A DNA stretch of 64,000 nucleotides from an archaeon (GTDB taxonomy: Archaea; Micrarchaeota; Micrarchaeia; Anstonellales; Bilamarchaeaceae). Below the pieces are notes generated by a model. It had not been told where the DNA came from. It worked only from the letters and a program-made list of their open reading frames with translations, and ran no database searches. Positions within the stretch are counted from its first letter, which is position 1. Each line of letters begins with the position of its first letter. The translations under genes and the position numbers were made by a program. The stretch is from assembly GCA_020053355.1 (NCBI GenBank), contig JAGVNI010000008.1, positions 77,195 to 141,194 of the forward strand, given 5' to 3'. This document shows positions 37,595 through 47,425 of this stretch, piece after piece.

Positions 37595-37837
37595 GCATTG
37601 GCTATCGGCGTCAAGGATTAAAAAATCACCCGCACCGGCCCGGCCCCGGCCTGGCCAGGTGCCGCCCAATGTGGCAGGCGGGCAAACAAATAAATACCTG
37701 AAAATGCAAGAATAATAACACAGAATCCCAGACCCCAGAATGAGTCATAAACCGCTCAGGCGGGGAAAGAGATAGCTTTATATATACGAAAAGCCATATA
37801 TTATCACACAAAAACCGATACCCTGAGGTGAAACCAG

Positions 37838-39013
37838 ATGATTCCCGAAGAAGTATTCCAGAAAGCCGCGGAAGGCGACCAGACAGCCATAATGTTGCTG
37901 GATGCCGCAGTCACTGCAAGGACCATCTCCCAGCCTGAAACGGCAAAAGCGATGAAGGCCATCACGGAAGCGGTCATCGGAGGAAAGGGGGACACCAACA
38001 AGCTTTTCGGAATCGGCTCCAACATCTGCGAAACCTACAAGAACCTGGAAGCGCGCGACATGTATGAGAAGCTGTTCATGCTTGCGGCTTACCCGGTGAA
38101 TCCTATCGCATACGTCTCAATCATCGGCGTGGGAGCTGCGGCGGTCAGGATAAACAAGGGCGAGGTCGGAACCTTTGAGGTCGACAAGGAGTGGTATCTC
38201 AAGACGGCGAGGATTTGCCTGGTAAGGGCTATTCGCCCCACGGAAACCAGGGTTAAGCTGGGCCGGGGGATGTCGGAAGCCGAATGCAAGAAGAAATGGG
38301 GGATGAGCGTCGGGGATATGGAGCAGAACCTCGTTTTCGTGATAGAAGCGCTCAGGAATCTTGACGGCCCTGAAATCAAGGGCGGGCTGGTCTCGATAAT
38401 CCAAAACGGTTTCGGGAACACGGTAAAATGCGCTGCCGGCCAAAGCATCGGCCCCATAAGGATACGGGAGGAATTGAGCATGGCCAAAACAGACAGGGAA
38501 TTCCTGCTGGCATCCGCCTACCCTGACCCGACCGGTCCGCAGAGCATGTATGTCGAATGCATATTCAGCGCGGTCGAGACCGCGTATTCCCCGATGGCGG
38601 GCGGGGTCGAGATGGCAATCGCAATCAAGCAGCTTTCCTCTTTCGGCGCCAGGGGGGAAGTCCTGAGGGAGCTTTTCGATGCGGACAGCCTCACACTTAT
38701 TACACGGAATGTCGAGAATGCGCTTCTGCACGCCCTCATGCACCCGGATGCGAAAATCAGGGAAGGGGCGGCGAGCGGCCTGCAGAGCATCGGCAGCGAC
38801 CGCGTCGAGGACATACTCGACCGGATTGTGGCCCGCGTAGGTCAAAGCAGCGAAACGGGCGCGCTCGCGTCCGAAGCCCTTGCTACAATTCGGGGCGGGA
38901 AGGTAGAGGTCCTAGACGACACGTTCCGTCCGCCCCGCAAGGCAAGCATGCCGCCCCCGCCGCCGACGCTGAGGCCAAAGTCCGCCCCCACTAGCAATAT
39001 AAACCAGGCCTGA
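37838..39013 (+). CDS. HEAT/PBS-lyase-like repeat protein
   Basis: The C-terminal repeat reads HPDAKIREGAASGLQSIGSDRVEDIL. A GAGGTGA Shine-Dalgarno lies 9 nt upstream. The tail is Pro-rich. Confidence 0.45.
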   Translation: MIPEEVFQKAAEGDQTAIMLLDAAVTARTISQPETAKAMKAITEAVIGGKGDTNKLFGIGSNICETYKNLEARDMYEKLFMLAAYPVNPIAYVSIIGVGAAAVRINKGEVGTFEVDKEWYLKTARICLVRAIRPTETRVKLGRGMSEAECKKKWGMSVGDMEQNLVFVIEALRNLDGPEIKGGLVSIIQNGFGNTVKCAAGQSIGPIRIREELSMAKTDREFLLASAYPDPTGPQSMYVECIFSAVETAYSPMAGGVEMAIAIKQLSSFGARGEVLRELFDADSLTLITRNVENALLHALMHPDAKIREGAASGLQSIGSDRVEDILDRIVARVGQSSETGALASEALATIRGGKVEVLDDTFRPPRKASMPPPPPTLRPKSAPTSNINQA

Positions 39014-39026
39014 CAATCCATAATCG

Positions 39027-39848
39027 ATGGCAAAGGCCCGCGTCCTACGGAGGCAGGAGAAGGCGTATATCGAGCTTCCGCCGGATATCTCCGGCGAGGC
39101 TGAACTTGAGATTTTCCAGCTGAAAGAGGGCTATTATCTTCTCACGATTCCACTTGGCCAGCATGCGGCAGGCCCGGCGCAGGAGAGCTCGCCCCGTGAA
39201 AAGGGCGGGATAACCGAACCTGAGAGGGCCGTCCTAAAGAAGCTTCTTTCGATTAAATTCGAGAACCGCACCCCGGCCCTGGTAGAGCATGCATTGAGCG
39301 GGGCGGAGATGGCTATCCTGAACGGGCTCGCCGCCAAGGGCCTTGCCAATGTGTTCCGGGGGAACAAGTACAAGGACGGCGTCTATAACATAAGCGACAG
39401 CACGTATTCGCTCGTTTATCCCAAAGGAGAAATCCGGAACGAACGGCAGGAATCCCCAGGCCAAAGGCCGGATGCCCGCAATGAGCAGCCAGCCCAGGCC
39501 GGGGGGAATGCCAGCACAAGCGCTCCGGCAGAGCTGCACAGCCGCGGATTCGTCATAATCCCGGACAAGCGCGAGGCGATGCTGCTCTCAGAGCAGCTTG
39601 GGGCGCAGATGAAGGCCGGCGCGGTCGTCGGCGTCAAAGGATTCGACGGCAAGTTCTACATAGTGACAAGGGAGTTTTTCACCAGATCACAGGCTGCGAT
39701 AAATTCGGCCCTGAAAGATGCGATGGACGCGCCCTCAATAGCCTCCGCCGCCAAGTTGGACCCGGAAGGCTGCCTCGCCGTGCTCCGGCTGATGGCCGAG
39801 AACGGGGACATCATAGAGAAGAAAAGGGGCGTATTCGCCCCGGTATAG
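39027..39848 (+). CDS. hypothetical protein
   Basis: An intact 273-aa ORF with no recognisable motif. Confidence 0.4.
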   Translation: MAKARVLRRQEKAYIELPPDISGEAELEIFQLKEGYYLLTIPLGQHAAGPAQESSPREKGGITEPERAVLKKLLSIKFENRTPALVEHALSGAEMAILNGLAAKGLANVFRGNKYKDGVYNISDSTYSLVYPKGEIRNERQESPGQRPDARNEQPAQAGGNASTSAPAELHSRGFVIIPDKREAMLLSEQLGAQMKAGAVVGVKGFDGKFYIVTREFFTRSQAAINSALKDAMDAPSIASAAKLDPEGCLAVLRLMAENGDIIEKKRGVFAPV

Positions 39849-39869
39849 TCCATTCCTCAAGATGGTCAG

Positions 39870-41009
39870 ATGATAATAAAGGACGAGATTCACGGAACGG
39901 TGGGCTTCGACGACCTGGAAGCGAGGATAATCGACAGCGGCCCGTTCCAGAGGCTGCGCCGGATAAAGCAGATGTCGGTCACGAACCTGGTGTATCCGGG
40001 AGCCAACCACACCCGTTTCGAGCATTCCATCGGCACCGCCCACCTCTCATCCATCATAGCGCGCAACATAGGGCTGGACGGGGATGAGGTCCGGAAAGTC
40101 AAGATATACGGCCTCCTCCATGACATCGGCCACACGCCTTTCTCGCACGAGGGTGAGGACGTCCTCAAACGCCATGTCGGGGACCACGAGAAGCTCGGAC
40201 GGCAGAGGATGACGACGGGCGAGATAGCGGACATCCTCTCGGAAAACTTCAGGCCGTCCGAGATTGCCGATATTGGAAAATCTCCGTATGGCAGCATAAT
40301 CACGTCTGATTTGGGCGCGGACCGCATGGATTACCTGAAAAGGGACGCGCTGAACACCGGCGTGGCGTATGGGATAATCGACATAGACCGCATCGTCCAT
40401 ACCCTCACAACAGAAAAGAATGAGCTGTGCATCGGGAAGGGCGGGTTCGAGGCCGCCGAGTACATGCTGGTCGCGCGGTTCATGATGTTCTCCACGGTCT
40501 ACCTGCATCGGACGGTCCGCATCGCCACCGCAATGCTTTACCGCGCCATGGAAGGCGCGATTGCGGACGGAACCGTATCCCCGGAGGAACTCTGCCGGAT
40601 GGATGACGAGAGCGCAATGAACGCCCTGTCCCGCTCGGACAAGGGTGGGCCGTATGCCAAGGCGCTTATTCTCCGGAAGCTCTACAAGGAGGTCATGGCG
40701 CTTCCCAAGGAAGGCTGGAGCGAGGATAAGGCGAGGAAGCTGGAGGCCAGCCTCATCCGTGACGCCGAATGCGACATAATCGTGGACTATCCGAATGCCT
40801 TCTTCAAGCCGGTCGAGCTCCGGGTGAAGACGGATGGCGGCCTGGTCCCGATTATCGAATTGTCAAAGCTCGTGCAGTCGCTCAAGAAGGCCGAGGAGGA
40901 CCGCATGAAGGTGCTCGTCCTGGCTGGCGAAGAGATGCGGAACGAGCGCTCGGAAAGGATAAGGAAGATTGTCGCTATATCGTCGCGTAGGTTGCGACGT
41001 GCACGATGA
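39870..41009 (+). CDS. HD-domain phosphohydrolase (dNTP triphosphohydrolase-like)
   Basis: The motifs are RFEHSIGTAHL...LLHDIGHTPFSHEGE. Confidence 0.7.
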   Translation: MIIKDEIHGTVGFDDLEARIIDSGPFQRLRRIKQMSVTNLVYPGANHTRFEHSIGTAHLSSIIARNIGLDGDEVRKVKIYGLLHDIGHTPFSHEGEDVLKRHVGDHEKLGRQRMTTGEIADILSENFRPSEIADIGKSPYGSIITSDLGADRMDYLKRDALNTGVAYGIIDIDRIVHTLTTEKNELCIGKGGFEAAEYMLVARFMMFSTVYLHRTVRIATAMLYRAMEGAIADGTVSPEELCRMDDESAMNALSRSDKGGPYAKALILRKLYKEVMALPKEGWSEDKARKLEASLIRDAECDIIVDYPNAFFKPVELRVKTDGGLVPIIELSKLVQSLKKAEEDRMKVLVLAGEEMRNERSERIRKIVAISSRRLRRAR

Positions 41010-41197
41010 CCACGACTGCGACGATGGCCACGATCAGGAATTTCGGTTCAATCTCCATGCCGCTTATTTTCATGTCGGGCGAGAATCCGATAATGCCCGC
41101 GGAAGTCATCGGCATCGAGACTTTTTCCTGCTTCATTGACATAGGAATCCGATTTGATGCGAATAGTATAAAAGCCTTTACCACTCCATATTGACGT

Positions 41198-41938
41198 ATG
41201 GGCGACGTAGAAATTCACCGGACCGCTGACTTTAAGAAACTGAAGAGACCGACGCTGATTATGGGTTTCCCGGGCACGGGGCTGGTCGGAAGCGTCGCCG
41301 CATCGCAGATTGTCGAATCGCTCGCGATGGAGTTCGGGGGCTACATAACGAGTGCGGAGTTCGCGCCGCTTGCCGCCATCCATGACTATAAGCCCATGCC
41401 GGCCGCGCGCATCCACTTCTCCGAGAAGCTGAATATGATAGTAATCATCTCAGAGATGACGATACCTATCGGCTCATCCCAGGATGTCGCAGACAAGATA
41501 TACGAGTTCGCCAAATCGGTAGGGGCATCGACCATCATCTCCCTGGGCGGCATATCCCTCCAGGAGGAGAAGAAAGGCGTCTTCGTGGTCTCTAGCGACC
41601 CGAACGTGGTGAAGGACATCATCGCTAAGAAAATCGCGAAGCCCATCAAGGAAGGGGCGACGACCGGGGTCACAGGCATCCTGCTCGCAAAAGGCGCGCT
41701 CGACAATTTCCCGGTCACTACCATACTCGCAGAATCGTCCGAGGAATACCTCGACCCGAAAGCCGCTTCGAATGTGCTCAAGGTGCTCGCCAGGATGACC
41801 GGCGTGCAGGTCAGCACGCTGAAACTGGAGAAGGAGGCCGAGGAATACTCCAAGGACATTAAGGATGCCGTCTTGAAATCGCGCATCAGCAAGAAGAAAG
41901 GGCCGAGCGCGAATGAAGGCGGCTCGATGTACGGTTGA
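41198..41938 (+). CDS. PAC2-family (proteasome assembly chaperone-like) protein
   Basis: RPTLIMGFPGTGLVGSVAASQIVESL, together with the 246-aa size, resembles archaeal PAC2/PbaA-type proteins. Confidence 0.45.
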   Translation: MGDVEIHRTADFKKLKRPTLIMGFPGTGLVGSVAASQIVESLAMEFGGYITSAEFAPLAAIHDYKPMPAARIHFSEKLNMIVIISEMTIPIGSSQDVADKIYEFAKSVGASTIISLGGISLQEEKKGVFVVSSDPNVVKDIIAKKIAKPIKEGATTGVTGILLAKGALDNFPVTTILAESSEEYLDPKAASNVLKVLARMTGVQVSTLKLEKEAEEYSKDIKDAVLKSRISKKKGPSANEGGSMYG

Positions 41939-42067
41939 AAGAACCTACGGTTCTTTCCATCTCCCTCAATATGATTCCCGCAACATGATAACGGAGACAA
42001 ACGGTTCTTTCTATCTCCTCTGAAGTTTGGCTTAGACCGAGAAACCGGGCAGTACCGGTGATTATCC

Positions 42068-43078
42068 ATGCTTTACCGGCGCATTTTCCCAAGGGAATAC
42101 CTTCGGCTTTCCCAGAACGATCGGGACAGGGAACGTATTGTCAAGGCGGAGGCGCTTGTGGATTTCGTCGAGCTCGGGCGCCATGGCGGCGGAACCTTGA
42201 AGGACGCTGGCGACATCCCGGCACTCTACTCTTCCCTGGTGCGGAACCCGCATGAGCAGGTCCCGTGGGACAGGATTGAACGCGGCATAGCGCTCCATGA
42301 TGACGGTAACTGGTCCAGGATTAAGGAGTGCGGATACCGCGCAAGGTTCCATGCCATCGCGGCACTGCATAATGGCAGGGCGGTAGGCCTCTCTTTTTTC
42401 AAGAGCCTTCGGATGGACTGCAAGGGCTATTCCACCGGCTTGCTGTACACCGGGGTGGCGGATGGGGAATTCACAAAAAACATGTATGGGTTTGACCGGG
42501 AATTCCGGGGAATGGGGATCGCAAAGGCCCTCCTTCTCGTATCCCAGGGAATAACCCTGGATGATGCTGAAGCGGACGGCAGGCCGGCAGTCGCAGGCGC
42601 ATTCGGAGATTGCGAAATCACCGGGCACGGAGTCCCTGGGGGGCGCAACCAGCCGGCCAGGACTAAACTGGAGATGCTTGAGGGGCTCGGGCTCCTGCCA
42701 GTACTCTTCGACATGGGCGCGGGAATCTGGATGACACCAGTCGTCCAGCCGGCATTGAATCCGGAAACAAGGCCGCTTGTGATGCACATGGTCTTCAGGC
42801 CGCTTATTGCAGGAACCCGGCCAAAAGACGGGATATATCCGCTCGAGAAGCTGCTGGCGGCCAAGCTCCTGAGCGCCTACATAAGAAGCTATGACGCCTT
42901 GGAGGCGAGCGAGCAGGCAATTGAATACGCAAGTCACCAGATGATGTCCAGGTTCGAGTCCGCAAGGCGGGTGGTGCTGATGCGGCCGGAAATGGTTCCG
43001 GACATTGAAACGCTCGCCAGGGGGGATGCCCTCCTTCGGATGCAACTCGAGGGCGAATTGGGAAAGGGACGCCCCTAA
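42068..43078 (+). CDS. GNAT-like acetyltransferase domain protein
   Basis: FRGMGIAKALLL matches the acetyl-CoA binding motif A (R-x-x-G-x-A). The C-terminal roughly 150 aa are unassigned. Confidence 0.35.
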   Translation: MLYRRIFPREYLRLSQNDRDRERIVKAEALVDFVELGRHGGGTLKDAGDIPALYSSLVRNPHEQVPWDRIERGIALHDDGNWSRIKECGYRARFHAIAALHNGRAVGLSFFKSLRMDCKGYSTGLLYTGVADGEFTKNMYGFDREFRGMGIAKALLLVSQGITLDDAEADGRPAVAGAFGDCEITGHGVPGGRNQPARTKLEMLEGLGLLPVLFDMGAGIWMTPVVQPALNPETRPLVMHMVFRPLIAGTRPKDGIYPLEKLLAAKLLSAYIRSYDALEASEQAIEYASHQMMSRFESARRVVLMRPEMVPDIETLARGDALLRMQLEGELGKGRP

Positions 43079-43175
43079 GACGCCGGAATTACGCGGGATG
43101 GATTATCGGTCCTTGTTTTCCAGCAGGGGAAGTTTGATAAAAGATTTACCTCAAGTATAAATGACAATTAATTAC

Positions 43176-43293
43176 GCAGGAGTAGCGAAGCGGTCAAACG
43201 CGGTGGACTTAAGAGCCGCCATTCCCGGACCGAATGCGGCATGGGAAATCCTCTGGCTCAGCGCCTTCGAAGGTTCGAATCCTTCCTCCTGCA
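43176..43293 (+). tRNA. tRNA-Leu (anticodon TAA) candidate with a roughly 34-nt intron
   Basis: A perfect 7-bp acceptor stem GCAGGAG/CTCCTGC with discriminator A. The T-arm is GAAGG-TTCGAAT-CCTTC. A 3-bp D-stem carries a GG-containing loop. The anticodon loop is CTTAAGA (G37), followed by an inserted 34 nt and a long variable arm. The anticodon stem has one U:U mismatch. The gene is not in the ORF track. Confidence 0.6.
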
Positions 43294-43328
43294 ATTTCTT
43301 TATATTGGCCAATGGATGAACTGGAGTC

Positions 43329-43793
43329 ATGGAACGATTATATCGCATGCTTTACCCGATGAGAGTATGCCTGATTACGAGCAGGCATGAAGGGAAGGAC
43401 AATGTAATGGCGGCATCGTGGGTGTTCCCGATATCCATGGACCCTCCGTTGTTTGGGGTTTCAGTATCTCCAAAAAGGCACAGCTACCGGATGATTAAGG
43501 AGGGCAATGCATTCGGAATCAACCTGCCTGGGTCTGATATGGAAAAGGCAGTCACAATCTGCGGGACTAAAAGCGGCAGGGATGCCGACAAGTTTCTGGA
43601 AGCGGGCTTGACGAAGGAAGAGGGCGCTCGCGTGCCCCTAATCCGCGAGTGCATGGCGAGCATTGAGTGCGAGGTCGTCTCGGAAATCGAGGCCGGCGAC
43701 CATACGGTTTTTGTCGGAAAAGCGGTTAAGATTGTGAAAAGGAAAGAGGGCGAGGGTCTTTACCAGAGCGCGGACGGCTTCGTTTCAGTTTAG
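43329..43793 (+). CDS. flavin reductase-like FMN-binding domain protein
   Basis: MRVCLITS...DNVMAASWVFPISMDPPLFGVSV matches the flavin reductase-like domain. The size is about 150 aa. Confidence 0.65.
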   Translation: MERLYRMLYPMRVCLITSRHEGKDNVMAASWVFPISMDPPLFGVSVSPKRHSYRMIKEGNAFGINLPGSDMEKAVTICGTKSGRDADKFLEAGLTKEEGARVPLIRECMASIECEVVSEIEAGDHTVFVGKAVKIVKRKEGEGLYQSADGFVSV

Positions 43794-43810
43794 CTGCGTT
43801 CCGATACTGC

Positions 43811-44755
43811 TTAGAGAATTCGGACGCGTTTCCCGTCATACCAGACGGTCTCCTCGAAACGCATCCCGTATCTTTTCAGGTAGAACGCAGGCTCAATCGC
43901 CAATGTCGCGCCGGCAATCCTGTCGTCCGACTTGAGCCCCAGCCTCGGGAACTCGTGGATGTCCAGGCCGACGCCATGGCCAATCGCATGCGGCATCTTC
44001 GGGAAGCCGGCCTGAGATATCAATTCCTGCGCGAGTATGGCCGCGTCCTTTCCGCACTCCAGGCCCGGAAGGGCGTCCGCCATGAAATAGCATATGTCCT
44101 GGAGCCGCTCATACTGCTCTTTCTTCTTCAAGTCATTGTCGCGGATGAAGCACCGTGTGATGTCGGCGCAAAAATGTTTGAAGCGGACGCCATAGTCAAC
44201 CATGACGAGCGGGCCGAGCTTTTTTGCTGATGCTGTGTAGTGCGGATAAGCGGTATTCGCTCCGGATGAGACGATAGGCGTAAATGCAGGCTCCAGGCCC
44301 CGCTCCAGGGTAAGGAGAAGGAGCTGTTTATGGAGGTCGTTTTCAGTTTTCGCGGACTTGAAATCGAGCGAGTCGAAGATATCTTTGGTCTCCTTGACAG
44401 CCCTGCGGACGAGGGCGGCTTCGGCGCGTGTTTTCAAAGACCTTGCCCGGAGCAACTCCTGGGAATAATCCGACAGCTTACAGAACTTTTTGATGTGGCT
44501 GGCCATGCGGCAGCTCATCGACGACGCGTCGAACTCGACAGTACGGCCCCGGAGCAACTTGGAAAGGGATTTCATCGCGTCCGAATACACGATGACCCGC
44601 CCCCGGAATTGCGCCCGTGCAATGGCTTCGTTCATCTTCGAGACTAGGATGGTCTTGCGACCGCCGCCAACCAGAAGAAAGCTGTGGTCGATGTCCACGC
44701 CGCCTGCGTGGAAAAAGTTCGCGTTGAAATCCTCGCCGCGGTACAAGAGAAGCAT
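43811..44755 (-). CDS. M24-family Xaa-Pro peptidase
   Basis: HGVGLDIHEFPRL and the metal ligand pattern are typical of the pita-bread fold. The start was refined to MLLLYRG (cat at 44753-44755). Confidence 0.75.
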   Translation of the reverse strand: MLLLYRGEDFNANFFHAGGVDIDHSFLLVGGGRKTILVSKMNEAIARAQFRGRVIVYSDAMKSLSKLLRGRTVEFDASSMSCRMASHIKKFCKLSDYSQELLRARSLKTRAEAALVRRAVKETKDIFDSLDFKSAKTENDLHKQLLLLTLERGLEPAFTPIVSSGANTAYPHYTASAKKLGPLVMVDYGVRFKHFCADITRCFIRDNDLKKKEQYERLQDICYFMADALPGLECGKDAAILAQELISQAGFPKMPHAIGHGVGLDIHEFPRLGLKSDDRIAGATLAIEPAFYLKRYGMRFEETVWYDGKRVRIL

Positions 44756-44916
44756 GAACCGGATGCACAGGCATTGGTTAAATCGGTTGCGGTGCGCTTG
44801 GGGGCTGGCAGGATATGGGATGGATGCCAGGCCGCGGGGGGAAGAGTGCTGCGGCCCAGGGCGCGGCAAAAGCGAAGCGGTTTAATAATTAACTCAGATG
44901 TCACATCGGTGATGGT

Positions 44917-45774
44917 GTGAATAAGCTTGCGATAGGATCTTTGCTGGTTTTCATTCTCATGTTCGGGTGCATGGGCGTCATGGAAGAGGGTAGCGCAGTT
45001 TCCAACGGGGGGATAGGAACCTCTAGGGAAGCGCTCTCGCCAACGGCCCCGAGCGCGGATTATAGCGGAACGGGCGCCCAGTATGTCACGAAAGCCGGTT
45101 CCATCTCGATAAAAGTCCCTGAGGGGACGCTCCAGACCAAATTCGAGTCCATGAAGGAAAGCCTCAGGACCGAAGGCGCCGTGACGAGCAATATCGTTTA
45201 CAACGAGTATACCAACCGCAAGCAGTACACCATGACGGTGAAGGTTGCGCCATCCAAGTTCGAAAGCATAAACGCCATGCTCCAGCAGATAGGGGAGGTC
45301 AAGGACCTCTCCGTGACCCTGGAAGATGTCACCAAGCAATACACTGACCTCGATACGAGGATAACGAACAAGGAGGTCGAGCTAGAGCGGCTGTATCGGC
45401 TGTACAATATGAGCGACAATGTCAGCGACCTCCTGGGCGTTGAGAGGGAAGTGACCAGGGTGGAGACCGAGCTGGAGCTCCTAAAGGGCGAAAAGCAGTA
45501 TCTTGTCTCGAAAATCGAGCGCTCCACGATAGCGATAACCGTTTATGAGGAGAAGCCCGCGAGCACCCAGCTGACCCTTCCCCTTGAAAGCCTAGGGCAG
45601 TGGTTCTTCACGGCTGTTGCCGCGGCAATCAGCCTGATTGTCGTCGCCGCGGGATTCCTGCTCCCGATAGCGATTGTCATCTTGTTGCTCTGGTTTGCCT
45701 ATAAGAAGCTCTTCGGGGAGAAGAAGAAGGGCCCAAAGGCATCTGAGCACAGCAAGATTCCGCCGCCGGGATAA
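44917..45774 (+). CDS. DUF4349-like lipoprotein with C-terminal TM anchor
   Basis: It has a signal peptide and lipobox-like LMFGC, a central coiled-coil (KEVELERLYRLYNMSDNVSDLL), and a C-terminal TM helix plus basic tail. Confidence 0.4.
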   Translation: MNKLAIGSLLVFILMFGCMGVMEEGSAVSNGGIGTSREALSPTAPSADYSGTGAQYVTKAGSISIKVPEGTLQTKFESMKESLRTEGAVTSNIVYNEYTNRKQYTMTVKVAPSKFESINAMLQQIGEVKDLSVTLEDVTKQYTDLDTRITNKEVELERLYRLYNMSDNVSDLLGVEREVTRVETELELLKGEKQYLVSKIERSTIAITVYEEKPASTQLTLPLESLGQWFFTAVAAAISLIVVAAGFLLPIAIVILLLWFAYKKLFGEKKKGPKASEHSKIPPPG

Positions 45775-45841
45775 ACTCGGTTGCGGGATTATTTTTTATT
45801 TTTCCCTTTCCCCCACTTGCCAGACTTTGGCTAGACTAGGA

Positions 45842-46168
45842 TTAGACTTCGACAACCTGCGGGCTGCCCGTTTCAGTCTCGACAATCAGCTTGGCGGGTT
45901 TTTCTGATGCCGGGAAGACGAACTCGATGCTCTGGCCTTTCCGCACCCTTTTTCTTTCGAAGCTTATCTCCTCGTTCCCGAATTTGGCCTGCACCGTGAC
46001 CTTGGTCAGGTTGCGCTTCGCATTCACCGTCAGGCAGGTGTTGCCGCCCTCCTTGCGCTTCTCGTAGCTGAATGCCTTCAGGCCGAGGATTACGAAGGCG
46101 ATGACGCCTACGGCTATGAGGATGAGGATGCCAGCGCAGCCCGCGATAAGGATGTCGTCTTCGCTCAT
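45842..46168 (-). CDS. small membrane protein
   Basis: It has an N-terminal TM helix. Its start overlaps the PIN gene stop. Confidence 0.35.
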   Translation of the reverse strand: MSEDDILIAGCAGILILIAVGVIAFVILGLKAFSYEKRKEGGNTCLTVNAKRNLTKVTVQAKFGNEEISFERKRVRKGQSIEFVFPASEKPAKLIVETETGSPQVVEV

Positions 46169-46554
46169 ACGAATCCCAGTTTCGATTTCGATTTCATCGT
46201 AACCACTTTTATATCAAGCGCCCGCAGCCTTTTCCGCAGGTCGCTGTCGTTGGTGCACGCGATAGCCCGGTTCGCTTTCGAGTATTCCACAATCCAGTCA
46301 TCAACGTGGACCGAGCTTTCCACGATGTCGATGCGGCTTTTGTTGGCTTCCACCAGTTTCAGGGCGAGCCGCGCCGCCATCCCGTCCTTCCCGACCCTTT
46401 TTCCGAGTTTCTTCAATTCGGCTATCGTCTTGGAGGAGATGACATAGCGGTGGTGGGCCTCTATCAGGTAATCCAGCTCGCGCATGATGTCGATTTTGAA
46501 CTTGAACGGCAAGAAAAGGATGTTGGTGTCCAGGATTACCTGCCGTGGCGCCAT
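46165..46554 (-). CDS. PIN-domain nuclease
   Basis: VILDTNILF supplies the first acidic motif. An ACTNDSDLRKR C-terminal motif is present. The start was refined to MAPRQ; an alternative start is at 46578. Confidence 0.55.
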   Translation of the reverse strand: MAPRQVILDTNILFLPFKFKIDIMRELDYLIEAHHRYVISSKTIAELKKLGKRVGKDGMAARLALKLVEANKSRIDIVESSVHVDDWIVEYSKANRAIACTNDSDLRKRLRALDIKVVTMKSKSKLGFV

Positions 46555-46686
46555 GTATGAACCACGTGCGCGCGGCATATAAGCCTTTCGAACGGTATCG
46601 GCGGATGATGTGTGGGAGAAAGTGAATATTTATAAATGGTTGGCTACATAAAAGAGACTAGAATAATCACGGGAGGGTGATGTTGA

Positions 46687-47391
46687 ATGGCATCAAATCC
46701 AAATGAAGTACTGTCGAAAAACCAGGCGCCAAACGGCGCGAAGGAGAAGGAAGGCGCAGAAGGTCCGGCCGAAGTGCAGAAGGGCGGCGCATCAAGATTC
46801 AAGACGATGAAGGGCTTGATTGCAGGCCTTGCGGTCGCTTCGGCGCTTAGCGGCGGAATGATTTCCGCCTGCAGCGAGGAAAGCTCGAATCCGCCTGAGA
46901 TTCCGTCATTGGACGCCAGCGTGGACAGCGGGGATTCCGACACCACTACAGACACCGGTTCTGAGACAGATACCGGCACCGATACCGGAACCGAGACAGA
47001 CAGCGGCACCGAAACCGATAGCGGAACTGAAACCGACAGCGGAACGGAGACAGACAGCGGCACCGAAACCGATAGCGGAACGGAGACCGATTCTGGCCCG
47101 GCGCTGTGCGCAGAAGCACTGGCGGTCGAAGGCGGCGTTTTCGATGGATATATGGTGGCCGATACCCCTGAGACAGTCGGCGGATATGCCATCGAGTACC
47201 TCGGCAAGAACGGCAGCGGCGACGCTTTGTTCAAGATATCGTGCGGCGGCGACGTAGTCGAGGCATCTTTTGCATGCCCCATAGGCTTGGAGACCGAAAA
47301 GGAAACCGCAGAAGGCAGGAGAATCAGGATAACGCCCATCTCGGCCAACGACACGGTTTCGCACGCAACGGTCAACGTCGAAACGATCTGA
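46687..47391 (+). CDS. secreted protein with TETDSG tandem repeats
   Basis: An N-terminal hydrophobic segment ends in a lipobox-like SAC. (TDTG/TETDSG) is repeated about 8 times, followed by a Cys-containing C-terminal domain. Confidence 0.45.
   Translation: MASNPNEVLSKNQAPNGAKEKEGAEGPAEVQKGGASRFKTMKGLIAGLAVASALSGGMISACSEESSNPPEIPSLDASVDSGDSDTTTDTGSETDTGTDTGTETDSGTETDSGTETDSGTETDSGTETDSGTETDSGPALCAEALAVEGGVFDGYMVADTPETVGGYAIEYLGKNGSGDALFKISCGGDVVEASFACPIGLETEKETAEGRRIRITPISANDTVSHATVNVETI
46975..47095 (+). repeat. imperfect 18-nt tandem repeat (ACCGAAACCGATAGCGGA-like) of about 6-7 units, encoding TETDSG
   Basis: Directly visible as repeated gaaaccgatagcggaac / gagacagacagcggcacc units. Confidence 0.6.
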
Positions 47392-47425
47392 GCCTTCTTC
47401 CGGTTTTTTATTTAATATTTTTATT

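Noticed and set aside
36674-37621. 315-aa plus-strand ORF overlapping purB
   Set aside because: It is antisense to adenylosuccinate lyase, which carries the GSSTMPQKRNP signature.
40975-41184. 69-aa minus-strand ORF overlapping the 3' end of the HD hydrolase gene
   Set aside because: It overlaps a confidently called gene, is short, and has no upstream promoter or Shine-Dalgarno-like signal.
42062-43045. 327-aa minus-strand ORF overlapping the 42068..43078 plus-strand gene
   Set aside because: One of the two must be spurious. The plus-strand product has a GNAT-like acetyl-CoA motif and a plausible composition, whereas the minus-strand product is His/Pro/Arg-rich with no motif. The plus-strand gene is kept, at low confidence.
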